DNA of 45,541 nucleotides from the IMG/VR virus record IMGVR_UViG_3300008262_000026, one strand, 5' to 3'. The notes under the pieces are model-generated. The model was not told where the DNA came from, did not search any database, and saw only the letters and a list, made by a program, of their open reading frames with translations. This DNA is from a virus. Lineage: Duplodnaviria; Heunggongvirae; Uroviricota; Caudoviricetes. Below are positions 11,101-20,120 of the stretch, piece after piece. Every line of letters begins with the position of its first letter. Position 1 is the first letter of the stretch. The position numbers were made by a program, and so were the translations under genes.

Positions 11101-14100
11101 ATCAGAAATTCCTCTATACGAAGAAACAAGAGTAACAGATTTTATTGATATTAGACCTAGAGTTGCTCCATATTCGTTGTCCACCAAATCTCCATTTGAA
11201 TTTGATTCTCGCATTTTTTCAAACGATGGACAATACTCAAAATATATCTTAGCACCTGACGAAAATATAATATTGAACTATTCTTATTATGTCGGAAGAA
11301 TAGACTCTGTATTTTTAAATCAAGACGGAAGTTTTGAAGTTGTCTCAGGAATTCCCGACGATTATCCAACTGTACCACAAGAAAAAAATAATTCGCTGCA
11401 AATTGCAATAATAAACCTTCCGCCATATCTTTATGATGTAAAGAATGCTATTGTAAGTATGAGTCAGCATAAGAGATATCTTATGTCCGACATATCTTTA
11501 CTTGAAAATAGAATCCAAAGAGTAGAAGAATTCACTACATTGAGTGCATTAGAATCAAAAACTGAAAATATTACTATAAAAGATGCAGAAACTGGATTGG
11601 ATCGTTTCAAGTGCGGGTTTTTTGTTGATGATTTTAAAGATGACACATATCACGATTTACAAAACTATAGTTATAGATGTTCTATAGACCCAGATACTAA
11701 GACACTGAGACCTCTACATTATACAACATTGATTGATTTGCAATTAGGTTCGGAAGCAATTTCTGGAGTTGGTCAAACATATTCTCCAAACAAGGATCAC
11801 AGTTATGTTTCCGATCTAGGATCTCCAAATATAAGAAAAACGGGGGATCTCATTACCCTGGATTATACTGAGGTTATGTATGATGAGCAATTATTAGCTA
11901 CAAAAACAGAAAGTGTTACTCCGTTTTTGGTTAGATATTGGGAAGGAACTTTAATACTTAATCCACCAATTGATACTTGGATAGATGAGAGTGCAATAAC
12001 TACAAATAGTTTCAATGAGGTTACAACAACTTTAGATCCAATTCCAGACGAAAACATCACTATTATCAATAATGTTACGATTGATAATGTAGTTAATATA
12101 AAAGATCCACTTACTCATGGTGGCAATAATCCAAGAAGATGGCCAAAAAGAATATGCTTCCGCAAAAAAAGATCTCGCCATAACCACAACCGCAAGAGAA
12201 GAATATGGTGCCATAGAAGAGGATTTGCCGACGCTCAGTTAAGAACAAGGCAAATTGGACCAATATCATCTTTCCCATTTTTAAATACATCAAATAACGA
12301 AAGAGAAAGAATTCGTGATGTTTTTGACAATGGATTTAGGGTGAGGATGACAAATAGAAGAAGAAGGAGAAGAATTCCTATTCTTACTTTGCCAGAAATA
12401 ATAGAAACAGGTACAACAACAAGTACAAAAAGTACCACTGATGTTACAACTATTGTAACACCGGAACAAATAATAGAAACCGAAACTACATCAGAATCAT
12501 CTTCTCATTACACTGAGCCTATAAGATTCCTCAGAAGTAGAAACATAGAATTTGATGCTAGGGGATTAAAACCAAGAACAAGATTTTATTCATTCTTCCA
12601 AGGAATAGACGTTAAGGATTATATTATTCCTAAATTGTTGGAAGTGACAATGATTTCCGGAAAGTTTGAAATTGGAGAAACTGTTGAGAGTGACCCAACT
12701 TTCACTACTTCAAAAATTAAATTTAGATTATGTAAACCTAATCATAAGGTAGGACCTTTTGATGGAAGTCCTGAAGGTTTTGTGGATTTGTCAATTGACT
12801 TGGGACTTGAGGACCAACCTGGTCTTCCTAGTCTTAGTTATATTCCTGGTTATAGACTAGTACAGCCAGAAACCTTCAAATTGAATCCATACACGCAACA
12901 ACCAATGCCGGAGGATTATAGTGAATCTTCTTCATTCTTAAATGTGGATACTAGAGCATTGGAAATTCCTTCTGAAGTTGAATTTTATGGAAGAATATCG
13001 CCAAATATGACATTAATTGGTAAAACTTCTGGTGCTGTTGCAAGAATTTCAAATATTCGTCTTATTTCAGATAATGGAGGAAGACTTATAGGTTCTTTGT
13101 ATATTCCAGATCCAAATAAAATTGGTAATCCATCTTGGATTAATGGCGAAAATAATTTCACATTAATAGATACTCCGAATCTTAACGATATAGTATCAAA
13201 TGAATTCACCACAAATAATGAAAGCAGTGCCGATGCAACATTTACTTCGGACGGACAACTTGAAGTAACAGAAACTAATATTATTACAACAAGAAACGTT
13301 ACTATTATTCCGCCACATACAACTACTATAACAACAACAACAAATACAACAACAAATACAACAACAAATACACAAATACCGACAACTCCTAGACCAAGAA
13401 ATCCTAGACCTAGAAGAAGACAAACTAGACCAAGAAGAGTTAGAGTAGATCCATTAGCACAATCATTCTATATCAATGAAGACACCGGCATATTTTTAAC
13501 TTCTGTTGATATCTGGTTTGAAACTAAGGATGAAGACAATATTCCGGTTACATTGCAAATAAGACCTGTCATATCCGGAGTACCAAGCAATGTAGTTATT
13601 CCTTTTTCTGAAGTAACCCTGACTCCAGATCAAATCAATATTTCTGTTGATGGATCAGCATCTACAAGATTCAGATTCCCATCTCCTGTATTTTTGAATG
13701 GTCCACAGCAACAGTCAGTAAGGCAAGCACCAATTGCAAGCAATTCTATTGCCGAATATGCGATTGTATTATTATCCAATAGTTCAAATTATAGAGTGTT
13801 TATAACACAATTGGGACAAAATGATATCCAAACTGGCGTTAGGGTTGTCACTCAACCAACTTTAGGAAGTCTATTCAAATCCCAAGACGGATCCGTATGG
13901 ACTCCATCACAATTGGAAGATTTGAAATACAGAATTAATAGAGCAGATTTTGTGAGTGAAGGATTGGTTAGATTCTATAATCCAAAACTGGCATTAGGAA
14001 ACAATAGAGTTAGTGTACTAGATTCAAACCAAATACAAACAATTTCAAAAAGAATTGTAGTAGGTTTAGGGTCTACTGGATACGACTCTTCAATAATTGT

Positions 14101-15958
14101 TCCTGGAATAACAATCACACAAAATAATAATGCTTATGCGGATTTGATTGGAATAGCAGGGAAAATTACTACAGGAGCCGGTGTTACTGTAAGTAACGCT
14201 GGAATAGGGTATACGCCAACTTCAACATCTGCAACATTTAATAATGTGTCTCTGTTAACAGAGACTGGGTATGGGCAAGGTGCAACTGCAAATGTCGTAG
14301 TAAATTCAAGTTCTGTTTATTCGGTAACAATAACAGATGGTGGATATGGTTATCAAGTCGGAGATTCTTTATTAATTCCAAGTATAGGACAAAATGTAGG
14401 ATTTGGCGCGAAAGTTGTTGTAAGTTCAATATCGTCAAATAATACTTTTATATTAGATAATGTCCAGGGTTCTTTCTCCTCCGGAATTTCCACCTTAAGT
14501 TATATAAATTCTTCGGGTATTACTACATATGTTGGAGCAGGAGTAACCATTTCAACTATTACTGAAGATCAATATTATGATGGTTTACACTTGAAGGTGT
14601 ATCAAAAAAATCACGGTATGCACTCTCCTGAGAATTATGTGCATATATCGAAGATGAGACCTTTGAATGTAGATACAAATTCTCGATTGGCAACAGAACT
14701 AACCTCATTGGAATCAAGTACAATCAATCTGATATCTTCCTCTGGATTTGAATTGTTTGAAGGTGAGAGCGTAAGTGCTCTCAATCCAGGATACGTAATT
14801 ATTGGCGATGAAGTAATTTCTTACACTGGAATTTCTGGCAATTCCTTAACAAATCTCAGTAGATCTATTGATGGCACTCAAGCAATTTCATACATTGCGT
14901 CAACTTACGTTTATAAGTATGAATTTAATGGAATTTCTTTAAGAAGAATCAATAAAATACATAATTTTGCGGAGGTTGACATTGAAAATCATCCAATAAC
15001 GTTTGATAGTTATCATATCAAGATTGACAATTCTTCGGAAGATTTCCAAGATAATAGTATAGGTACAGATAGATCAAATGAGTTATACTTTAAGTCATCA
15101 TCTCAAACTGGAGATGCTGGTACTATAATCTCTAATAATATTCAATTTGAATCTATCGATCCTGATATAGCAACAATAATACCTTCAAAAACAGATATAT
15201 CCGCAAAAGTAAGGACATTTACTGGAACCAGTATTTCTGGAAGCGAAACTTCTTTCAAAGATTGTGGATTCCAAGATATTGATTTAAATGATGCTACTTA
15301 TTTTGATAGTCCTAGATTAATCTGCTCAGAAGTAAATGAAGAGAGATTTATCACAGAAACTCCAGGAAATCGTTCTCTTAGTATGGAATTTTTAATGTCA
15401 TCGGAAGATTCTAGAGTTTCTCCAGTAATTGATACGATAAGAACGTCTGTAGTTCTGACTTCATGTTTGATAAATTCTCCAATTGCAGAAAATTCTTCTT
15501 ATGCGGATGATGAATCTGTTAGAAGCTTATATGCAGATAAGCACAATTCAATATATATTTCTAAACCAGTTAAACTCAAGATACCCGCAAATTCTTTAAA
15601 GGTATTCTTAACTGCAAGTAGAAATGATACCAATGATATCAGAGTTCTATATCAATTATTCCGAGATGATTCTCCAGAAATTCCACAAAATTTTGAATTA
15701 TTCCCAGGTTATTCTAACTATCAAATTGATGGAATAGGAATTAAAAGGGTGATAGACCCATCGAAAAATGATGGGTCTGCGGATTCATTTGTGCAGCAAA
15801 CCTCAGATAGATCATTTAAAGATTATGAATATAGTGTTGATGATCTTCCCGATTTCAGTTCTTTTGCAATAAAAATTGTTATGTCAGGAAGAAATCAGGC
15901 TACTTATCCTATGGTTTCTGCACTGAGAGCTATTGCTACCGTAAAACCAAAACTTTGA
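8141..15958 (+). CDS. VrlC-like / DUF4815 large virion structural protein
   Basis: N-terminal PYFDDFD..KNYHKVLFKPGYPIQARELNTIQS, RFKCGFFVDDF, DPLAQSF and D.DLK(Y)..NRA-type motifs of DUF4815/VrlC; position between g8 and g13. Confidence 0.85.
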   Translation: MSQETNFNVSPYFDDFDADKNYHKVLFKPGYPIQARELNTIQSILKNQVEQFGNHIFKEGSVVIPGQFSYESPFYAVELESTYNGSPISLYFENLLGKTISGSSSGVSAKIVYLLDSKDSVRGNYTIYVQYLKSGGSDFSTKVFADGETLITENDVQYGNFNIPPGQAICNTISTNATSEGSSVKVAPGVYFVRGTFVNVTEQRILLDQYDQNPSYKVGFNVIETIVTSDEDDSLYDNAQGFSNYAAPGADRFKIELELSKKQFDEDTSNFVEILRVLDGVPQFFDKNPQYNLIREELARRTSDTNGDYYVKPFTLFVQDSLNDKVLNNGIYFEDQITSSGNNPSEDMMIYQIGPGKAYVNGYDVETISPRLLDVKKPRTSKDLTNQVISYNAGNLVVVNNSYGSASISLGTTSYVSLMDSRIGSTAHVASGTTIGVARVYDYVPESNYVDDTSRLNLRLFDIQTFTNITLTSNVTQSIPAFIQGKKSNATGYLKYSVSNSSSLTLYQVSGTFSENEQVIINGADNGRLINSVRDYKFSDVKSLYSNVGISTFNADLVLDSGFILAPQGTPFNISAASAGISTVSVGLENKFTNKISAGDIISYPNPTTGSDIIYNKVNSVSAGGTNFTISALTSVSGICSGNLPSSDITTTNVNKVYSSSYNSNSSLLTKLNKKNISSISLENNEILQRRVFSNVSFSSNKIEITVSEPSVYFDSFDEDKFIITYSDGTLEPLRRDKYSVNGTAKQLTFSGLKYSSGTAEVIATVKNINPNSKIKKLNKVNTLIINNSKYSSSGIGTTTLNDGLTYNATYGTRVQDEEICLNVPDVLNVLAVYESSSIADPSLPNLKLTSFTGPTNNNQDYIIGEQIVGKTSGAVGLVVNRISTDTIEYVYLNLNQFTENEIIKGKESSIESIITSKYLGDKNTTRNFILDDGQRDQYYDYGRIIRRENVLEPSKKIKIVFQNYTIDSGDTGEFITVNSYPNVDYKSEIPLYEETRVTDFIDIRPRVAPYSLSTKSPFEFDSRIFSNDGQYSKYILAPDENIILNYSYYVGRIDSVFLNQDGSFEVVSGIPDDYPTVPQEKNNSLQIAIINLPPYLYDVKNAIVSMSQHKRYLMSDISLLENRIQRVEEFTTLSALESKTENITIKDAETGLDRFKCGFFVDDFKDDTYHDLQNYSYRCSIDPDTKTLRPLHYTTLIDLQLGSEAISGVGQTYSPNKDHSYVSDLGSPNIRKTGDLITLDYTEVMYDEQLLATKTESVTPFLVRYWEGTLILNPPIDTWIDESAITTNSFNEVTTTLDPIPDENITIINNVTIDNVVNIKDPLTHGGNNPRRWPKRICFRKKRSRHNHNRKRRIWCHRRGFADAQLRTRQIGPISSFPFLNTSNNERERIRDVFDNGFRVRMTNRRRRRRIPILTLPEIIETGTTTSTKSTTDVTTIVTPEQIIETETTSESSSHYTEPIRFLRSRNIEFDARGLKPRTRFYSFFQGIDVKDYIIPKLLEVTMISGKFEIGETVESDPTFTTSKIKFRLCKPNHKVGPFDGSPEGFVDLSIDLGLEDQPGLPSLSYIPGYRLVQPETFKLNPYTQQPMPEDYSESSSFLNVDTRALEIPSEVEFYGRISPNMTLIGKTSGAVARISNIRLISDNGGRLIGSLYIPDPNKIGNPSWINGENNFTLIDTPNLNDIVSNEFTTNNESSADATFTSDGQLEVTETNIITTRNVTIIPPHTTTITTTTNTTTNTTTNTQIPTTPRPRNPRPRRRQTRPRRVRVDPLAQSFYINEDTGIFLTSVDIWFETKDEDNIPVTLQIRPVISGVPSNVVIPFSEVTLTPDQINISVDGSASTRFRFPSPVFLNGPQQQSVRQAPIASNSIAEYAIVLLSNSSNYRVFITQLGQNDIQTGVRVVTQPTLGSLFKSQDGSVWTPSQLEDLKYRINRADFVSEGLVRFYNPKLALGNNRVSVLDSNQIQTISKRIVVGLGSTGYDSSIIVPGITITQNNNAYADLIGIAGKITTGAGVTVSNAGIGYTPTSTSATFNNVSLLTETGYGQGATANVVVNSSSVYSVTITDGGYGYQVGDSLLIPSIGQNVGFGAKVVVSSISSNNTFILDNVQGSFSSGISTLSYINSSGITTYVGAGVTISTITEDQYYDGLHLKVYQKNHGMHSPENYVHISKMRPLNVDTNSRLATELTSLESSTINLISSSGFELFEGESVSALNPGYVIIGDEVISYTGISGNSLTNLSRSIDGTQAISYIASTYVYKYEFNGISLRRINKIHNFAEVDIENHPITFDSYHIKIDNSSEDFQDNSIGTDRSNELYFKSSSQTGDAGTIISNNIQFESIDPDIATIIPSKTDISAKVRTFTGTSISGSETSFKDCGFQDIDLNDATYFDSPRLICSEVNEERFITETPGNRSLSMEFLMSSEDSRVSPVIDTIRTSVVLTSCLINSPIAENSSYADDESVRSLYADKHNSIYISKPVKLKIPANSLKVFLTASRNDTNDIRVLYQLFRDDSPEIPQNFELFPGYSNYQIDGIGIKRVIDPSKNDGSADSFVQQTSDRSFKDYEYSVDDLPDFSSFAIKIVMSGRNQATYPMVSALRAIATVKPKL
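13331..13377 (+). repeat. In-frame 12-nt tandem repeat (ACAACAACAAAT x3 plus partial) encoding TTTN repeats
   Basis: Exact units at 13334-13345, 13346-13357 and 13358-13369. Confidence 0.9.
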
Positions 15959-15965
15959 TTTAATT

Positions 15966-16190
15966 ATGGAATACTTTAAGGTAAAGGACAGGGATCATTT
16001 AATAAGAGATTGTAACTCAAATGCGATAGTGAACACTGACGTTGAGAGTTACAATACATATATTGAGAATTATAAGAGAATATATAAATCAAATCAAAAA
16101 ATAAAAGACCTTGAAAATGATATAAGCGAAATTAAAACCGATTTGACTGAAATTAAAAACTTATTGAGGAATTTGGCAAATGGATCCTAA
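15966..16190 (+). CDS. Small conserved-type hypothetical protein with C-terminal coiled coil
   Basis: 74 aa; KVK.R..LIRD..SNAIVNTD...Y..Y followed by heptad IKDLENDISEIKTDLTEIKNLL; tight packing after the VrlC-like gene. Confidence 0.8.
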   Translation: MEYFKVKDRDHLIRDCNSNAIVNTDVESYNTYIENYKRIYKSNQKIKDLENDISEIKTDLTEIKNLLRNLANGS

Positions 16191-16350
16191 TCAAATCTCA
16201 CTTGAGAATATTACAAAAATGTTTGAATATGAAAAGGTTGCAAGAGATATAGATAGTATATCTGACATTGACACTTTGAGAAATTTTGCAAAATCATATG
16301 CTAAATTATATCTCAGTCAACAAGAAGCAATTGCTAATCTCAAATTCTAA
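16180..16350 (+). CDS. 56-aa hypothetical protein missed by the ORF track
   Basis: ATG 16180 to TAA 16348-16350 (MDPNQISLENITKMFEYEKVARDIDSISDIDTLRNFAKSYAKLYLSQQEAIANLKF); fills the gap, and its stop overlaps the g13 ATG (TAATG). Confidence 0.8.
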   Translation: MDPNQISLENITKMFEYEKVARDIDSISDIDTLRNFAKSYAKLYLSQQEAIANLKF

Positions 16351-17195
16351 TGGCACAACCATCAACAAGACAAGAACTTATTGATTATTGCAAGAGAAAA
16401 CTGGGCGCTCCCGTTCTGGAAATCAATGTTGCCGATGAACAAATTGATGACTTGGTAGATGATGCCATTCAGTTTTTTCAAGAAAGGCATTTTGATGGCG
16501 TATATCCAACATTTTATAAGTATAAGATAACACAAGATGATATTGAACGAGGTAGAGCTGGATACAGTGGAGGATCTGTAGGAATAGCATCTACATCAGC
16601 AACCGTAAATATAGTCGGCACTGCTACCACATTTACTTATTTTGAGAATAGTAATTACTTGCAAGTTCCACCAAATGTGATAGGCGTCAATAAAATTTTT
16701 ATCTTTGATGGCGCAAATACTATTACCAGTAGTATGTTTAGTGTTAAATATCAATTATTCTTAAATGATATTTACTATTGGGGAACAACTGAACTTCTTA
16801 GTTATGCAATGGTTAAGACATATCTAGAGGATTTGGATTTCCTTCTGAATACACAAAAACAAATTCGTTTTAATAAGAGACAAGATAGACTATATCTTGA
16901 TGTTGATTGGTCATCTTTAAGAAAGGACCAATACGTTATTATTGATTGTTATTCAACTCTTGACCCAAATGATTATTCAAGAGTTTGGAACGATTCTTTT
17001 ATTAAACCATATTTAACTTCATTGATTAAAAAGCAATGGGGACAAAATATGATGAAATTTACTGGCGTAAAACTTCCGGGTGGAGTGGAATTAAATGGAA
17101 GACAAATGTTTGATGATGCACAAAGAGAGATTGATGTCTTGATGGAAAAGATGTCAAACACTTACGAACTTCCACCTTTAGATATGATAGGATAA
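16350..17195 (+). CDS. gp13: Neck protein gp13
   Basis: MAQPSTRQELIDYCKRKLGAPVLEINVADEQI, KKQWGQN..KF.GVKLPGGVELNG motifs. Confidence 0.95.
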   Translation: MAQPSTRQELIDYCKRKLGAPVLEINVADEQIDDLVDDAIQFFQERHFDGVYPTFYKYKITQDDIERGRAGYSGGSVGIASTSATVNIVGTATTFTYFENSNYLQVPPNVIGVNKIFIFDGANTITSSMFSVKYQLFLNDIYYWGTTELLSYAMVKTYLEDLDFLLNTQKQIRFNKRQDRLYLDVDWSSLRKDQYVIIDCYSTLDPNDYSRVWNDSFIKPYLTSLIKKQWGQNMMKFTGVKLPGGVELNGRQMFDDAQREIDVLMEKMSNTYELPPLDMIG

Positions 17196-17199
17196 TAAA

Positions 17200-18609
17200 A
17201 TGCTCAATCCATTCTTTCTGCAGGGTTCTAAAACTGAACAAAGTCTTGTTCAAGATTTAATAAATGAACAACTTAGAATGTATGGTATTGAAGTTTATTA
17301 TCTCCCTAGACAATATATAACAGAAAGAACTGTTATAAGAGAAGTTATAGAATCTGCATTCAATAGTGCATATCCAATTGAGGCTTATGTGGAGACATAT
17401 GATGGGTACAGCGAAAACCCAACTATTTTGTCTAAGTTTGGTATTCAGGCATTGAATGAAATTACTCTAACTATTTCTAAAGAGAGATTTAAAACTTATA
17501 TTTCACCATTAATTCAAAATCAACCAGATATTAAATTATCATCAAGACCAAAGGAGGGGGATATAATTTATTTTCCTCTAGGGAAACGTTTATTTGAAAT
17601 TAAATACGTAGAACACGAAAAACCATTCTACCAATTACAAGGAACATATACATATCAATTAAGATGTGAATTATTCAGATATGAAGATGAGGTAATAGAC
17701 ACCTCTATTGGGGAGATAGACGAACTTATTAGTGGTAATGTTAACGATCCAGAAAAAGTTCCTGTTGGAAATCTGGTAAATCTCAGGATGGTTGGAGTTG
17801 GAGTTACTGCATCAGCAGTTACTAGCATAGTGAACGGTGGGGTTAGGTATGTTACTGTGACAAATAGGGGAGGTGGGTATACCAGCACCCCAAATGTTGG
17901 CATTTCTTCTGCTCCAAGTAGTGGAAAAACTGCAACTGCAATTGCTAAAATGATCGGAGGAATTGTAGTATGCAATGACAATATAAATCCTCAGGCAAAA
18001 TCTGTTCAGAGTGTTCAAATTGCAAATCCTGGGTATGGGTATACTACAACTCCTGGGGTCAGGTTTATAGGTGGAGGTGGAAGTGGCGCAGCTGCAATTG
18101 CAACAATTGGTGACGGAATAGTTGGGGTTATTACAGTTACAAATCCAGGATCTGGATATGCAATTGCCCCTTCTATTGTATTCTCCGGAATATCAACAGT
18201 TTCTGCGGCCGCAACTGCAATTCTTTCTGCGGAAGGATTTATTTCATCAATACTCATCACGAATGCCGGCCTTGGATACACTGTGCCACCTACAATAAGC
18301 ATACAAAATCCAAATACAAACTCAATAGGAAACTTTATTTTTAATGAAGTTATTACAGGATCTCAGAGCGGAACTGCCGCGAGAGTCAAATCTTGGGATT
18401 CTACTACTAATTTACTTCAAGCTTCTAACGTTGATGGAGAATTTATTCTCGGGGAAAATATAATAGGTTCTGAATCGGGTGCATCTCATTATCTGCGATC
18501 TATTGAAATTTATCCTACCGATGATGGGTATGCTTCAAATGAAGAAATCCAAATAGAAGCAAATAACATTTTAGATTTTAGTGAATCTAATCCTTTTGGA
18601 ATGCCTTGA
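17200..18609 (+). CDS. gp14: Neck protein gp14 with internal Gly-rich repeat insertion
   Basis: MLNPFF..EQ.LVQDLINEQLRMYG.EVYYLPR, RPKEGDIIYFPL, FEIKYVEHEKPFYQL motifs; ends FSESNPFG. Confidence 0.92.
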   Translation: MLNPFFLQGSKTEQSLVQDLINEQLRMYGIEVYYLPRQYITERTVIREVIESAFNSAYPIEAYVETYDGYSENPTILSKFGIQALNEITLTISKERFKTYISPLIQNQPDIKLSSRPKEGDIIYFPLGKRLFEIKYVEHEKPFYQLQGTYTYQLRCELFRYEDEVIDTSIGEIDELISGNVNDPEKVPVGNLVNLRMVGVGVTASAVTSIVNGGVRYVTVTNRGGGYTSTPNVGISSAPSSGKTATAIAKMIGGIVVCNDNINPQAKSVQSVQIANPGYGYTTTPGVRFIGGGGSGAAAIATIGDGIVGVITVTNPGSGYAIAPSIVFSGISTVSAAATAILSAEGFISSILITNAGLGYTVPPTISIQNPNTNSIGNFIFNEVITGSQSGTAARVKSWDSTTNLLQASNVDGEFILGENIIGSESGASHYLRSIEIYPTDDGYASNEEIQIEANNILDFSESNPFGMP

Positions 18610-18613
18610 GTTA

Positions 18614-18621
18614 TATAAATA
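18614..18621 (+). promoter_or_regulatory. T4-type late promoter (TATAAATA)
   Basis: Exact consensus in the g14-g15 intergenic region. Confidence 0.85.
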
Positions 18622-18661
18622 TTAGTTATTAGATTATCACAACAATAATAAGGTCAATCAT

Positions 18662-19663
18662 ATGTTTGAATATTTTTATCACGAAATTTTAAGAAAAACT
18701 GTAATTTCGTTTGGAACGCTTTTTAATAATATATCAATTAAACATAATAATGATTCAAATAATACTGTAAGTGTGATTAAAGTGCCTCTTGCATATGGAC
18801 CAACTCAAAAATTTCTTGCAAGACTTAATCAATCTCCAGATTTAAATAAACCAGTTCAAATTACATTGCCAAGAATGTCATTTGAGTTCACTGGACTTAC
18901 ATATGATTCCACTAGAAAATCAACTACAACTCAAACTTTTACTGCAAAATCAGTAACTGATGGTAAAGATGTTAAAAAAGTATATCTACCAGTTCCATAT
19001 AATATGCAATTTGAATTGAGTATAATGTCAAAATTAAATGATGATGCTTTGCAGATAGTTGAGCAAATTTTACCTTATTTTCAACCAGCATATACTTTAT
19101 CAGTAGATTTGCTAGATACCATTAATGAGAAAAGGGATATTCCTGTGATTCTCGAGAATATTACAATGCAGGATGATTATGAGGGAGATTTTACTACTAG
19201 AAGAGTTTTAATTTATACTTTAAGATTTACCGCAAAAACCTATTTGTTTGGTCCAGTTGCTCAAGCAACCGACAGTATTATCAAGAAAACTTCTATCAGT
19301 TACATTGCTGGAGATTTGTCCGCAAATGCAACGAGAGAAATTGTTTATTCGGTAGAACCAAGAGCAATTCAAAATTATACTGGAATTATTCTTACAAATC
19401 TAACCAATGATATTTCAACATCAGACACACTAATTACAGTAAATGATGCGAGTTCTATTTCAGAAAATGTATACTTAGACCTGGAAGGCGAGGAAGTGTT
19501 TGTGAAATCAAAATCAGGAAATATTCTTACTGTTGAGCGCGGAAAAGACAATACTACAATAACCTCACATTTAGCGGGAGCACAAATTAAGTCAATTACT
19601 TCTGCTGATAATGCCTTAGTTGAAGTTGGAGATGATTTTGGATTCAGCGGAAGCACTTTTTGA
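18662..19663 (+). CDS. gp15: Tail sheath stabilizer / tail terminator gp15
   Basis: FGTLFNNI, KVPLAYGPTQKFLARL, LPRMSFE, PVPYNMQFEL, EQILPYFQP motifs. Confidence 0.93.
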   Translation: MFEYFYHEILRKTVISFGTLFNNISIKHNNDSNNTVSVIKVPLAYGPTQKFLARLNQSPDLNKPVQITLPRMSFEFTGLTYDSTRKSTTTQTFTAKSVTDGKDVKKVYLPVPYNMQFELSIMSKLNDDALQIVEQILPYFQPAYTLSVDLLDTINEKRDIPVILENITMQDDYEGDFTTRRVLIYTLRFTAKTYLFGPVAQATDSIIKKTSISYIAGDLSANATREIVYSVEPRAIQNYTGIILTNLTNDISTSDTLITVNDASSISENVYLDLEGEEVFVKSKSGNILTVERGKDNTTITSHLAGAQIKSITSADNALVEVGDDFGFSGSTF

Positions 19664-19669
19664 TAAGAT

Positions 19670-20092
19670 ATGAAAATGACAAAAAAATTTGACAAACTCA
19701 ATGAAACATTTAACGTTGATGCGGAAATAGTTCCGGTTGAAACTCATATTGTTGAAAAGAAAATAGAGTCGTCTAAGGATGACATTAAAAAAGATTATGA
19801 GTATGCGAGAGGTAATTTATACTCCCTCATTGAGAAAGGTCAAGAAGCAATTAATGGAGTTCTTGAGTTGGCGCAAGAATCTGATCAAGCAAGAGCTTAT
19901 GAGGTTGTTGGCCAGTTGATTAAAAATACCGGAGAAATTGCAGAGAAATTATTATCTTTACAAAAAACATTGAAAGATGTAGAGGAGGATAATCAACAAA
20001 GAGGTCCTACTACAGTCAACAATGCTCTTTTTGTTGGATCAACTGCAGAATTGGCAAAATTGTTGAAGCAACAGTCTGAAGATAACAAATAA
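19670..20092 (+). CDS. gp16: Terminase small subunit gp16
   Basis: DYEYARGNLYSLIEKGQEA, RAYEV.GQLIK, NNALFVGSTAEL motifs; located after g15. Confidence 0.88.
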   Translation: MKMTKKFDKLNETFNVDAEIVPVETHIVEKKIESSKDDIKKDYEYARGNLYSLIEKGQEAINGVLELAQESDQARAYEVVGQLIKNTGEIAEKLLSLQKTLKDVEEDNQQRGPTTVNNALFVGSTAELAKLLKQQSEDNK

Positions 20093-20098
20093 TAAATA
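20092..20098 (+). promoter_or_regulatory. T4-type late promoter (ATAAATA)
   Basis: 22 nt upstream of the 581-aa ORF. Confidence 0.7.
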
Positions 20099-20120
20099 TA
20101 AAGAGATTTAGAGTATCTAA

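Noticed and set aside
12102-12242. Protein-like +1 frame (MVAIIQEDGQKEYASAKK...) inside the VrlC Arg-rich insert
   Set aside because: Only 46 open codons; Glu-richness follows from AGA-AGA runs in the main frame, which stays open. A compensated frameshift cannot be excluded without homologues.
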